From Lama guanicoe (Eukaryota): DNA of 64,000 nucleotides. Made by a program: the position numbers and the translations under genes. Positions 49,531 to 62,199 of this stretch are shown here, piece after piece. The notes beneath the pieces are model-generated. The model had not been told where the DNA came from and searched no databases. It saw only the letters and a list, made by a program, of their open reading frames with translations. How positions within the stretch are numbered: the stretch's first letter is position 1; every line of letters begins with the position of its first letter. The stretch spans positions 13,104,174-13,168,173 of the forward strand of contig MU054693.1 of NCBI GenBank assembly GCA_013239625.1. The letters run 5' to 3'.

Positions 49531-50065
49531 TGCAAAATGAAATTCAGAAAATTAAGGAAAGTTTGAAGAAGTGAATAAGAGTATCCTTTATTCCACTGTC
49601 TAAAGTCAACCACAATTAAAATTGTAAGGTTTAAATGCATTTGTTCTGGGATGTGTGTATGTTGGGGATGGGGGAGTCTCCATTTCAGAGAAACAGATTT
49701 ATTCAGCAACTAAAACATAGTTTTTGAAATACTTTTTAACTGGACTGTATATTAGACATCTTTTTATTTCAATAAATGTCAATGTAATTCATCATTTCAA
49801 CAGCAGCATTTTATCCGTTATGTGGCAAAGACAGTATTTTCCCAATGATATTATTTGTGATGTTTACATTTTTATTTTCCACTACTGCTTCTTCACTGTT
49901 GTTTTTATAAGCACACACAATAATGATCACCATATAATGCATTTTTAGCACCTGTCCTATTATTTATAGAAATAGAATTGTTTTGTCAAGAGATGCCCTC
50001 CTTTACATACTTGACAACTATCATCTAAGTGCCCTCCAGAATTTATTCACTCCACACGCTGTACA
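49530..50065 (-). mobile_element. Very old L1ME-like 3' fragment
   Basis: AT-rich antisense L1ME-like text 'tcatcatttcaacagcagcattttatccgtt', 'tagaaatagaattgttttgtcaagag', 'tgccctccagaatttattcactcc'. Confidence 0.45.
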
Positions 50066-50547
50066 TGAATGTCTGGAACATACTCCATTTGAGGCTGGGC
50101 ACGTGCCTGGGCACAGGGGGTCTCCAAGTACTGATGTCCTGGAGGCTCAGAGCACCAGTTCAGGCTATATGTAGCTTGGTCCAGCCAGACATCTGGCCTG
50201 GATTGGTGAATATTCAGCCAAGTCAGAGCTTCTACTGGATGTATGATTCTAGATAAGTTTCTTTAAAATTTCTTGGCCTCAGTCCCTTTGCTTGTAAATA
50301 GGAATAAAATACATACTATGGTTGAGAAAATCAAGAGGTAATATAATAAGACACATAGTGCCTGATTTATCATAGGCATTTAGTAAATACATGCCCTTTT
50401 CCTCCATTCTTCTGTAAACTGTGAGGATTTTATGCTACGGTGCCTTATAAAAAGTAGATGCTCATAAGCGTATGTTGCTGTTTGAATCCTTTTACTCCTG
50501 AAAAGGGTATTAGGAAGTAATGGGTCAAAGACGATATCCATGGAGTC

Positions 50548-50667
50548 AGAGAGGAAGAAGGAGGAAGAGGAAGAGGAGAGGCAAGGGGAGGGGAGGGGAA
50601 GAGGGAGGAAGAGGAGGAGAAGACAGGGAGGAAGAGGAGAGGGGGAAGAGGAGGGAAGGAGGGAGGA
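50548..50667 (+). repeat. Polypurine (GAG/GGA/GAA) low-complexity tract
   Basis: About 120 nt of purines with only two C interruptions. Confidence 0.95.
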
Positions 50668-50885
50668 CTGAATTTTGAATACAGGTGGACCTAGGGCTGA
50701 AGTCTAGCCCTGTCACTTACTAGCTGTGTGAGTTGGGGTTTTGATGTAACTTCCTTGAACCTCAGTTTCCTGATCACTGATGTGCAGTTAATGACTTCTT
50801 CCTCGACGCGATCTTGTGAGGATTAACTGTGAGAGTGCACGTTAAGTGTTCAGAGGACTTCAGACAGACACCAGATGTCCACTAA
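50668..50885 (+). mobile_element. MIR SINE (well preserved)
   Basis: 'ccctgtcacttactagctgtgtga...ccttgaacctcagtttcctgatc...cttgtgaggattaactg'. Confidence 0.85.
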
Positions 50886-51256
50886 AAGGCAACTCTTCTC
50901 TGCCGTTGCCATCCATCAGTATTTCCTCTGTTGACGTTACTCTCCCATCATTATGTCCACTGTTGACATTATTAAATGTTGCTTCTTGTGGTTCACTTTC
51001 CAAGTAAGCCTTGTAGCTTAGCACCATAAACCGATCATGCCCCCCTGGTCCACTTGAGTGTCATTTGTCCATTCATGCGCGGGAAGGATTAGAGGCACAT
51101 ATTGAACTTACATCTCCGTTGATCCCAGGTGGACAGTGAATGAACAATGCATGTTATGGGCTTAGGAATCAGGCAAGCTCAGCATGGAGACAGAGTCTTT
51201 TCTGTTTTTGCTTTCTGCAGACAATCTGCTCATCATTCCTTGCAAACAACCATTTC

Positions 51257-51304
51257 ATATATTTATATATATATATTTATTATATATATATATTTATATA
51301 TATA
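51257..51304. repeat. Interrupted (TA)n microsatellite
   Basis: 'atatatttatatatatatatttattatatatatatatttatatatata'. Confidence 0.95.
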
Positions 51305-53349
51305 ATTGTTGTTTTGTGGTTTGCTGGTTTGTTTCTTGTATTTTGCCACAAAATGGGAAAATGGACGTTAAGACCAGATCTTGAAATCAGAATAAAGAGT
51401 GGCAGACTCTCTATTCACTGCAAGAGCTGGTGATAAAGGACATCTTTGGAGCAAGTGCTTTCTGACAGCTGCACCATAATGGACTGAAAGAGATGAGATG
51501 AAAAGGAGGTGATTTTTTGCATTACCTCTGGCTGCAAACTCCCCAGACTATCTGGAATACGAAGGAACCACCAGGTATAAAGAATGCCAGAGAGATCATA
51601 TGCACAGGTCTCCCAGATCACGGTCCTCCATAGCTCCAAGTTGCACACATACCTTTCAGGGAAGCCCAGTTAAATGCTCAGAGGAAGCTCATCTGTACCT
51701 TCTCATAGAAAGAGGCCTTCCTAATAAGTGATAACTGAGTCTTAACCCCCTCTTTAAAATGCCAAAACATTTTAAAGTAAATTCTTGTAGGTGAAAGTCA
51801 CTCTGAAATAGTCTGTGCACGTCTCCTGTGATCTTAAACTTATTTAGTTTTTTGTTGGTTCAGCAACTCAATGCTATATTGTTTCATTGTCTGCTTTTCT
51901 TTTATTTTTCCCTCTTCTATTCTCAAGCTGTCAAGTCTTCTATTGACATTTTTACTGTTTCCGACATCTCCTCTTTCTTTTCCAAGTCACTTATATTTAA
52001 TCTGTCGGGGGGATAAAAAAAAAAAGCAAATAATCAAGCTTGCCAAATAAAGTGTGTTTAATAGAATTCATGAGCCCCAGCAGGAGAGCCAGAGGGTTTG
52101 TGCCTTCATTCATCAATTTCATCTACAAATATTTACTGGGCTTCCTTGGGAAAATCCATGGGCTATGACTTGTTCTAGGCAGTAAAGCACATTATTTGGG
52201 GGCTGTAACTTTTTGAAAAAGTATAGTCTCATTTTCAGGAGCCTTTTCAGATGTCTGAGTTTATGGCTGAATTGTGAGTGGTCAACATTGTTAACTGGTG
52301 ACCTCTGAAGATTTGATTAATGACTGAACCTCTCTGCTTATCCTCTCTGCCTATATATGTATGGATTTTCACGTCTCCCAAAGCATCAACAAACATGATC
52401 TTTTGTTTTGATGCTGCATTTGAGGTAACCAAGGTCAAAATGTTTATCCATGTCTTAGAACACAAGGAAAGGAGACTCATAAACTCGGAATCATTTCAAA
52501 GCTTTTAAAATATCAGACTAGAATCTGCTCTCCACTTAAGCTAACATCCATGCCCCAAACCACTGTCCAAGCCTCAAAGAAGAGTTTCTAGACCCCTTAT
52601 TGCCATACTTAAGATCCCATGTTGGAAAGAGCACTGACCCAAGAGTCAAGAGACTTGGATTCTAGTCTGAAATCCACAGGAAACCCACAAGCAAGCATCT
52701 CTGGGTCCCAGGTTTCTCTCTTTCCCTCTGTAAAATGAAGCCAACCATATTTTCCTGGTACAGTGAGATGATGACATATTTTAAAAGCCTATCATGAAGC
52801 CAGGTATATAACCAAGTCCCTCTGTAGCCTTAGACCTCAGCAGGGTTTCATTCCTTGGTAGCAGGGTCCTGCCTGCCAGTTCATAGGCCTCCCTCCCTGC
52901 AGGTGGGAGGCTTTTGCATTGGCAAAAGTCGCTAGATGACAGAAACACAAAGAAGCTGTCTGTATAGACTGCCTCTCTGGCTCCGCCACTCACCTCATTC
53001 CTTCTACACGAGGCTGAGCAGGAGGAACGATTCTGGGAAAGACTACAGTTGTTCATCTGAGGCTTCCCTGGGAACCTCGACGTGTTTCTCCCTCGCTGGC
53101 CGCTGGCTGGCCTGAGGTCATGCGCACAGAGGAGCACCAGCTCCAACCAGACTCCTTGCAAGAATTTCAGTGATGTATACTGAAGACTAACAGATGGGTG
53201 CTTTCTCCTGAGCACAGTCTGAGGCCAGACACCGGCTCTCTGGACGTGGGTCTCTCTCAGGGGTTCTAATAGCAAGCACCCAACAGTCCCTTGAGAGGGT
53301 AGGACCACAAGCCACAGCCTTTGCTTTAAATCTGGAGATGTAACAGAGA

Positions 53350-53545
53350 GATAAGAGCAGATAAGGGACTGAAGAAGACAAACCTGGGTCGATTCCCAGC
53401 TCTGACACTTTCTAACTATGTCCTTTTTCCTAAAATGCACTTCCCTTATCTTTAAGAAGAGGATAGCCACCTTTTGTAGAGATTGAATGAAGTAATGTCA
53501 AGATGCACATTGGTGTGGCATACAAAGCACGTGCTTACGACTCAG
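53350..53545 (+). mobile_element. MIR SINE
   Basis: 'gacaaacctgggtcgattcccagctctgacactttctaactatgt'. Confidence 0.7.
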
Positions 53546-54879
53546 TGGTCCTCCTCCTCTCACCAACCCGCCCAGCAGACCCAGTGGAGATCACTCTGGT
53601 CCTTGTAAGGGATGGTGATATATGAGATCTTCAGGGTCCGTTCTTTCTGACAATTGCACCATGAAGATGAAAATGAAAATGGTGATGTTTTGCTTTCTTG
53701 GATTTTTTTGCATTGCCTCAACAGCAGGCTCATCAGACTCCCTGGAATACTTCACGACCAGGGCCCGACAGAGTCCCTCCTGCTCTCCAAACTTCTACCT
53801 TTACTCCCGGGTTCTCGGGTGTCCTTCCTGCCATCTGCCCCTCCCTGCCCATGGGTGGGGGAGGGGATGTGTGGAGAGGACAAGGCCCCTGCTCCCTCCC
53901 CCCTACACAGCACCCACTGACGTGACAGGAGACAAGCAAAGATGGGCAGGGCTGGTTCCCTCCCTGCTTCCAGGAACCAGCGCGCCCTTCTCATCTGAAT
54001 CCCTGGAGACACCTCCTTGCCTAGCCAGGTTCTGGCCTTCAGGAAGGAGGACTCACAGCCATGCCTGTTAAGAGCATTTTGCAGATGCTGGGGGTGTATC
54101 TGAGTGGGATGTTTTATCGATCTATCAGTGGACCTAACAGTGCTCTGGGGATGCTCCTTTCTGAGTCAGGAGACCTCTTAGTGGCACTAGAATAACCACA
54201 GGGGTTACAATTTGAGTACTCACTGTAAGCCAGGGCGTTGCACTGAATGTTTTATGGTCATTACTGATACTTGAGGACACTAAGAGTAAGAGAGATCAAG
54301 CAACACTGACAAGGTCTGCATCTAGGAAGTTAGACAGTGACAAACGCAGGAGCCACACCCCATCCTGGCAGGATCCAATGCTGGTTCCTAAACCTTCCTG
54401 CTGCTGTTCTCCTGATTGGTCTGGGCTGGTTTTGCCGTGTTGCTCAGCCTCCGGCCTCTCCAGCTAAAGAAAGTCGCACCATCTGCGCTAATGTGGGGGT
54501 TCCTCATGATGCCTGAAGTCCCTCCATCCAGACGCTCTTCCTGGTCCTGTGGCATGGTGACAGTCACGTCAACTCTCTGAGTCTGTTCACCTACTAGTCA
54601 GAGGGAGATGATGCTAGCTAGCACTGGCTCCCTCCACCTTAACCACCAACCTGCTGAGTGTGATCCCGAAAAGACCAGTGAGATGTTCTGAATGACGTTC
54701 CTAGAGCAGAACCCGGCGTAGAGAAGCCATGCTAATCCCCTCTGCCCCGTTTCTATGTCCAAGGGGAGGTTTATGCTGGATCTTGGGGGAAAGTTCACTG
54801 TCTGCCTAATATGAGGCCAGTTAGGTTTCTGGCTTTCGGAATTTTCTAATAAATGCTATTTGATAAAATATCTCAAAAT

Positions 54880-54966
54880 TGATGGATGATAGGAGATAAA
54901 TAGATAGAATGGCTGGATGGAGAGAAAGATAGATGACAGATGAGAGAGAGACAGAGAGAGAGAGAA
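54880..54966. repeat. Compound (GATA/GGAT/GA)n simple repeat
   Basis: 'gatggatgataggagataaatagataga...gagagagagacagagagagagaga'. Confidence 0.85.
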
Positions 54967-55749
54967 TATAGCGGGGAGGAGTTTATTTTTCAGTGATTGG
55001 TGTAGTGAATAATGTTCTATTTTAAAAAGACTACAAATTTAAGGAAAAGGAAACCTGTTTCGATTGTAATTATTTTATCATTCTTGCACTGTTGTCTTGT
55101 TTTCCACTCCCAGCACTGCAGTGACTTAGAGCTTCTCCACCACAAGCGTCTCAGGTTCTGCTGCTCTGCTGTGAGGCTGACAAGGGTGACAGCATGTGGG
55201 TGTGATCTGGCACAGCTGCTGGTGAGACAGGGAGAAGAGGTGCAGCCAGTCTGCACTGCGCTTGCTGCTTTGGAAAATCAAAACAGGAAGCGAATCTCAA
55301 CAATCACTAGTAACAAGGCCGAGAGAAATAGAGCAGGATCAGGAATTTTTTAAAAAATGTCCTTCCTTGTTTTTTTTTTTTTGTTTTTTTTTTCTCCCCA
55401 TAGTTTCTAAACATACTCAAGCCACAGTGCAGTGTGGTTGGTGTGGAAGGAAGCAGCCCTGCTCCCAGTGTCACTGAGAACCCAGGCTCCTTCCATCATA
55501 AGATGCTTCTATCCTCAACCCGGGGTCTCCGTAGGTGCTGCAGAGGGACGAAGTTTAGAGGGTCACACATCAGGTTTCAGGGCCAGGCCTGGAAGTGGTG
55601 CCATCACTTTGGGACAAAACTCAGTCACACTATGCTACTCTCGTTGCAAAAAGAGAAGGGGAAATGCCTTCTTGTGTATCTAAGACAAACGTGAAAGGTT
55701 TAATGGGTACGTTTCATTGTCTCTGGATTTGGATTACCTTCTTTGGATT

Positions 55750-56470
55750 TCCTCCTCCTTCTACTCTGCCTTCTCCAACCTAATCTCAACCCTGCAGCCA
55801 ACAGAATGACTTCAAAATATAATTAGATTATGTCACTTCTGAGCTGAACACTGCAGAGGCTCCATGATTTTGCAGAGTAAGAGCTAGAGTCATCACAATG
55901 ACTTGCATGGCCCGACATGATTTGGCCCCTTGTCTTGCTAACCTCAGCTTGGACCACTCTGGCCCTCACTTGTCTGCTCCAGCCGTCCCAGACTCCTTAC
56001 AGTCTCTTCCTTTGTTATGTATCCTGCCTGAGAAGCTCTTACCAGGATGACTTTATCTCTTACCTCCATCAAACTCAAATTCACCTTTTCGGTGAAATCT
56101 CCCATGACCGTCCTATTTAAAATGTTAGCTGTCTCTCTACCCACTACTCTGACTCCCTCTACCCTGCCCTCTTTCTTCCAGATTACTTACCACCTTTTAT
56201 CTAGCATTTAAACTGGTATCTTGATCATTGTCCATTGCTTGTGTCCCCTACTTCCCTAGACAATAGGCACCCTGAGCTGGAAGCCGTGTTGTGTAAGATG
56301 GTGCGTGGTGGTGCAGGAGACAGTGCACATATTTTATGCTACCTCTGGCTGCAGGGACAGATATTTCTGTCTATCTTGTTCTGTGGTGTTACCCAAGTGC
56401 CTGGAATCGTGCATGCAAGGTGGCAGGCACTCAAGTCATATTTGCTATAGGAATGAGTGAAGGAATGAGA
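55750..56470 (+). mobile_element. L2 LINE 3' portion
   Basis: 'tagattatgtcacttct', 'ctcaaattcacctttt...cctatttaaaat', tail 'gtggcaggcactcaagtcatatttgctataggaatgagtgaaggaatg'. Confidence 0.85.
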
Positions 56471-56499
56471 ATTATGTGACAGAATGGAACCAATGGCCC

Positions 56500-56715
56500 C
56501 AGTGCAAAGGCCCGAAGACTCTGTGTTTCAAAACAGGTTCAAGTCCCAGACTGGGCACTGAATAGCTCTGGACCTTGGTAGATTGGCTGTATCTTGCCTT
56601 TGCAGTGCTCCATTTTCTCTCCTGCAAAATGAGAATTTTCACCACGTCTATTGCATCTATGTCTTGAGGTCAGTATACACATTGACACTTGGAATAGGAC
56701 ACTATACGAAGGGAA
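56500..56715 (+). mobile_element. MIR SINE (donor of the 35-bp displaced copy)
   Basis: 'ggttcaagtcccagactgggcactgaatagctctggaccttgg...ttttctctcctgcaaaatgag'. Confidence 0.7.
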
Positions 56716-57247
56716 ATAATTTTAACAACAGAAGCACTTGTTCTCATTATTCATCTAGAGATATGATTCAGTTACTCTACTTCTTGCACAGAAAATATGT
56801 GTTGCTCTGATCTGGTTTCTGACTCAGGATTGATAGGAGGCCCTGGGACCATCCCCCAGGGGCCTGCTGCCTGTCTGCTGCTTGCCTGGCTACTCCTGAT
56901 AAGAGCCGGGCTGCCCTAGTTGGTCCTGTAGAGGCGCCCTTTGGAGAGGATCGAGGGCTATCTTTGATACAGCCAAGGCAACCAGAGACACACCAGGCCA
57001 GTGCTGCTGTCCCTAACCCCGCTGGGACCTTCTGCTGAAAGAGCTGTCTCCTCTCTGATAAGGGAACAAACAATTCATAGCCTGTCTGGCATCTCCTTTT
57101 ACTCTGTTTCTCCGATGCAATCAGCTTGAACTGGGAGGCCGGATCTCGTCTGGACAGATGAGAAATAACAGACAGTAATCTTTAAGGCTAAGAGCCCACC
57201 CCCACCCCCACCCCTGCCAGCCCTCCTGTTCTGTCTCAGGTGAGCCA

Positions 57248-57282
57248 GCACTGAATAGCTCTGGACCTTGGTAGATTGGCTG
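57248..57282 (+). repeat. Exact 35-bp direct copy of 56555-56589
   Basis: gcactgaatagctctggaccttggtagattggctg occurs at both positions. Confidence 0.97.
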
Positions 57283-58165
57283 GAGATTGGAAGTTGGAGT
57301 TTCTTATGCTTTATCCATCCTCTGTGAGTCTGTGTTCTCACATAAAAGTCTGCTCACCTAACAGAGAACAAACCTGCTTCAACTTTACCCTGGAACTTGA
57401 ATGCCAACCCTTTCCTGGAGGACATCAATGTCAAGGGATTGGTGAAAATTATATGGCTACTTGCCAACCAATAAGGATTGTTTGTAACTGAACAAAGATT
57501 GTTCGTAGCTGCTTACAACTGAATGAGTATCTAAAAATGCTTGAAAAAATGTGTTCTTTCAAACAAGGTTATTTTCCCCAGATGGTTCTATTAATATTAC
57601 TTACCGTTTGATGTGGAAAATTATTATCTTGAAGGAGCCTATCTAGACCACATCCTGTCTGAGCACTCATCTGCATTTTTATTTACAAACTTGAAATTAG
57701 ACAATTTTCCTAAGCAGACCACCTTCACTATGATTATATCTATGTTCTGTTCACCTTTTTCAACCCTATCAATATACCTTTAGCAAATTATTTCTTTTTT
57801 CTCTTACAATCTGTGCCTATGTATTTAGAGTGTTTAGAAGTCCTAGGGGAAGTTTCAGAAAGTGTTTCCAGAAGCTATAAACCTCACAGAGTTTATAATC
57901 TGTTGATTGAATAGGAAAGTTGGCATCTTGCTCCAGGATGGGAAGTAAGATAAAACCCGGGCAAGGTAGATGTGAAACATGCCCTCTGTGACCAAGTTCT
58001 AGCCTGAAGATCCCTTCTAGTTCATCCAAAGCTCTGTGAACACCCTAAAAGGAAGACTCCCAAAGAAATAAATGTTCCCATCCGTGACTGCCTCATTCCT
58101 GGATTCTTCTAGGAACTCCTGAAAGCCCTGAAGAGTCGTATCTGGAGCTGTGGACAAACTGATTT

Positions 58166-58281
58166 CAGGGGGTTTCCTTGTTTTCAGAATGACATCTGGG
58201 CAACAGTAGATGGTGTACTTAAGCAGGGGGTTTCCTTGTTTTCAGAATGACATCTGGGCAACAGTAGATGGTTTACTTAAG
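58166..58281 (+). repeat. Tandem duplication, 2 x 58 bp
   Basis: 58166-58223 and 58224-58281 differ at one base (ggtgtac vs ggtttac). Confidence 0.97.
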
Positions 58282-58409
58282 GACATGCCCCCTTTTCCTT
58301 CATCTCTCTGTTTTCCTAAGTGTGGGAACAGACAGGCATAAATCACTCCCTCATCTCCCTTCAGCACTGCCTCTACCTCACAAACCCACTCTCTCTGAGC
58401 TTCTGACTT

Positions 58410-58620
58410 GATAAACACTTATTACAATTTTAGATATTGAGGTCCTATTGTGGGCCAAGCCCTGTACTCAGAGACTTGCCCGCATAGCATCATTTAATCC
58501 TCACATACCCCAAGGGGGTACGTTCTGTTATTCTCACACAGAAGGAAGCTAAGAGTCAAAGAGTTTAAGAGACTCATCTGAGGCCGTGCAGCTAGGAAGT
58601 GGCAGAGGTTGCCTCGTAAT
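58410..58620 (-). mobile_element. MIR SINE
   Basis: 'atcatttaatcctcaca...cagaaggaagctaagagtcaaagagtttaag...gcagctaggaagtggcagag'. Confidence 0.75.
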
Positions 58621-59069
58621 AATGCATACTTCTTTTTTCTTATCTCTTCTCCATGGACTTCCTTGATCAGCTACTTCATCAGTTCTTGGAGGACGCTGAG
58701 GAGTCTACAGTTTGTCACAACAGCTGTGTGGCCTTGAGCAATCCCTTCTTCCTCCCTGAATCTCAGTTTCCCTTTCTGTGAAATAATGAGATGGCATTAA
58801 GTTTTGTTCATGTTCCACCATCCTTGGACTTAAAGGATACAAATGATGGCAGCAAGTGATTTTGCTGAAATACCCCAATTTGTAAAGGCTCACCTACCTG
58901 TTTTTACTAAGTCTATTGAGAAGGTACCAACTGTCAATTCTCTGTGGCTCAGAAAGAGGAGACATCTCAGCCCAGAGGTCAAGAGAAATAAGGCTAGATA
59001 CAGAGTTTGGTCACTGAACATTTTTCAACTTTTGAAAAAAGTTTAAAAGACCATTGACTGCTCAAACAA

Positions 59070-59240
59070 TTTCAGTGTAGACTAAAATTGGGGATACTTT
59101 AGTTCATATTCTGTCTCTGTCACTAGCTTATTGTGTGATCTTGGGCAAGTCACCAAACTCCTTGGGAATCCAATTTCCCATCTGTAAAATGAAGGCCCTA
59201 ATAACCACACTACCCTCCCAGGATAGTTGAGAAGGACAAA
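59070..59240 (+). mobile_element. MIR SINE
   Basis: 'tgtgtgatcttgggcaagtcac...caatttcccatctgtaaaatgaagg'. Confidence 0.8.
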
Positions 59241-60589
59241 CTAGCCCCATAAATAGAATTAAACCTCTGACTGGCCCATCACAGCCAGCACATGCAAAAG
59301 TTCATAACTAGATATCCAGTATTTTCAGCCATAGAGGGTTGAACTCTTATGGGCATAACTCTAGACAACAAAAATAGTCAGAAAAGAGAGCGAAGTGGTT
59401 AGCTTTCTCCCCCAGAAGCCTGACCATTAATGGAATTGAGCAAGAATAGAATCTCCCTCATCCTAGCCCTTTCTCTTCTGAGCCAGTGAGACCCAGAAAG
59501 TGACGCCCCCGAAGACACTCATTTTGGTTTTTGGCCAGTGGTTTTAAGTCCTTATTTGATCCTGGATTTCTTAGTTTTGGACTGAATGTTGTTTGAAAAC
59601 TCCAATTAAATTTACTACTCTCTCCTCTCTTGAAGTAGATTTGTCTTTGGATAACCTTGAATAAGAATGGCAAACAAAGACGTATTCAAAAACCCTGTTA
59701 AACTTTCCAAAGCAAAGGCTCCTGGTGGGACAGTAGTCTTGACTTTTATTTGAATCTGTGTCTCTAGGCACAGAGGGAACATGCACCCAGAAATGTGCTT
59801 TCCCAGCATGCTTTGCTCCAGGGTCATACTCTTTGGGGAATTAGTCATTCTTAACTCATAAGATCAAAACTAAAGCTAAATAAAAGCTAAAAATGGGTGA
59901 TTTGTCAACCAGCAAGCACCAATAAAATGTAACCACATGGAAAAAATGAGTTAAGCCAAGCCTGTCTTTTTCTTAAAGAGAATTCCCTCTGATGTCTCAT
60001 GAGTTACCATGTTTATTTCCCTACAAATCCTTCCTGACCCAGATAGCCAAGCTCTGTCCTTCATTCCTCCTTTCTGAGCCCACTGGCTCTTTCCTCACAG
60101 GAAAATGTTGCTGCAGGGTTCTTTGTGAAGAGCCGGGATTGGCACCACCCACCTGCAGCTGCCTACACATCCCGCCAGCACATTTGCCAGTCCACTTTCT
60201 AGCCCCCAGCTCCTAACAAGACCATCCCAGATGACTTCCGATACAACAGCAAACTCAAGTCTGGTTTCCTGATCGTAGACCTTGTAGGGAAGATGAAACC
60301 TAGTCTTGGCCCATCTTTTCAAAAGATTATTTCATCTTGCCCAGCTCTCACCAATGTACCCCTGACTCAGTCATTTGTGAGCAGTCCTGGCTAAATGAAC
60401 CAATATCTAAACACCACTTGAGCCAAAGAAATAAAGGGTCATTATTATGCATATTAGGAAAGCGGAAGGGTTTGGGATACATGATTTTTTTCAATCTCAT
60501 CCTTGTCTGTTAATCCAGAATTTAACGGAAGGAAAGAAGAAGAGAAGAAGAAAGGCAGGGAGGGAGGAAGAGAAGGAAAGATAGCATTT

Positions 60590-60800
60590 ATTTGTAACAG
60601 CAGTTAACATTTATTGAGTTGCAGTAATTAGTGAATAGCACTAGCTCTATATATGGCATCTCATTGACTCCTTCCGACAAGCCTAATGCAAATGAGAAAC
60701 TTGGCCCCTGCTGAGGTTGAGAGGTCACATGGTGGAGATGGGATTCAGACCCTGGGCTGGTTGCCCAGGGAACGTGCATGTTTTACCACGAGGCTGTAAT
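60590..60800 (-). mobile_element. MIR SINE
   Basis: 'gcagttaacatttattgag...atctcattgactcctt...aggtcacatggtggagatgggattcagaccc'. Confidence 0.7.
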
Positions 60801-60899
60801 GCGTCATGGGCCGCAGGCACAGAGCTGGACACTCCACACCACACCGTGCACACTGCTGCAGCACTTCGACAGTATGCAGTGAGTGTTTCTTTCCTCCTT

Positions 60900-61405
60900 C
60901 ACGCCTTCATTCGTTGTGACTCTTTAGCATGGTGTACAAAGCCCTGCAGAATCTGTTCTTTGCCTGAATCTCAGCCTTGGCTCCTCTCGTTCTAATCATC
61001 TAGCCACATTGTACTCCTTACAGACTATCTCACCTCTGGCTCATCTTGCCACGTGTTAGCTTCCTGGAACACCTCTCCCTGCCATTCACCGAGCTCATTT
61101 CTTCCGTGCTTTTAAGATTTGGCCTAGGACTTGCCTCATCCAGAAATCTTTCTTTGGATTGCTCTAAGCATGGCTTAGATGCCTCTTTTGTGTACTTCCT
61201 CCATCTCCCGAGCTGCTTTCCACTGTAGCACTCACTGCACTACCCTTTGCTTGTGGGGGAATGTGTCTGTCTCTCCCTACCCCCATATCTGAACCACTTG
61301 AGCATACAGACTGGATCCTATTCTGTATCACATCCCCACCACTCAACACAGTGTCTGATGCGTGGTAGACATTCTAAGGATATTTCTGAAATGAGCAAAT
61401 GAGAG
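60900..61405 (+). mobile_element. L2 LINE 3' fragment
   Basis: 'ttctgtatcacatccccaccactcaacacagtgtctgatgcgtggtagacattctaaggatatttctgaaatgagcaaatga'. Confidence 0.7.
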
Positions 61406-62199
61406 TATGTCTTGGTGGCTGGATGATAGTTGGATGGAACAAAATTTCAGAATTGTTGTAATGAGTTGTTGGAGATGCTGACGTTTACAACAAAATAAGC
61501 CACGACCCCTGACATTCCTAAGGACTACAGAGAGGACAGCACAAGAGTGGGCAAGACCATTTAGGGAACTAGGGAAGCACATTCTAGAGAATCAATAAAG
61601 AAAGACTCAAAGTTTATCACATTCAGTTGTCTTATTTTACAAATAGGGAAACTGGGGGAGAGAGAGAAGAGAAATGGCCAGACAATGAATTACAGTCAAG
61701 TGGAGAACAGGGTAGGTTCTCCTGGCTCCCCACCCCATGTTCTCTATCTTTTCCACATCTTGGGATGCATGGACTGGGGTATTGCCCACATGAAGTATTT
61801 GTTTTAATGAGGAGCCTGGGATTGAAATGGATTCCTCTTAATGAGAGTGTGTGGAGTGCCAAAGCCAGCAGAATTTGGCCAATAAAAGGCAGTAATGAGA
61901 GCTGCAGTTAGAGTTTTGGGGGTGATAGGAAGTGCATCAGATTCCCTGGAGAAGGAGCAAGGCGCAGAAGCTCCCCTATGATACATCAAGAGGTGCCCAG
62001 AACTCTGGGTGACCTCCCTGAGGATTCTTGGTTGTAATACATGTATATAATCTCAGATGTGGATGAGGAGGTGCATGACATTAGCAGGAAGATTTGATGC
62101 CAGAAAGTTTAATGAGTTGGATTTGAAAACAGTCAGCTCTGATGTGCGTGTCTGATAACACTGAGATCACTCCATAATCTAGACTCAGGTCTCCAGACG

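Noticed and set aside
52781-53470. Longest ORF (229 aa, minus strand)
   Set aside because: It begins and ends in MIR-derived sequence, has a non-ATG start and has no recognisable domain.
53622-54071. 149-aa ORF with a signal-peptide-like N-terminus (MKMKMKMVMFCFLGFF)
   Set aside because: The N-terminus comes from an (ATGAAA)n micro-repeat and a T-rich run. The rest has no recognisable homology, and many overlapping ORFs are open here because of higher GC.
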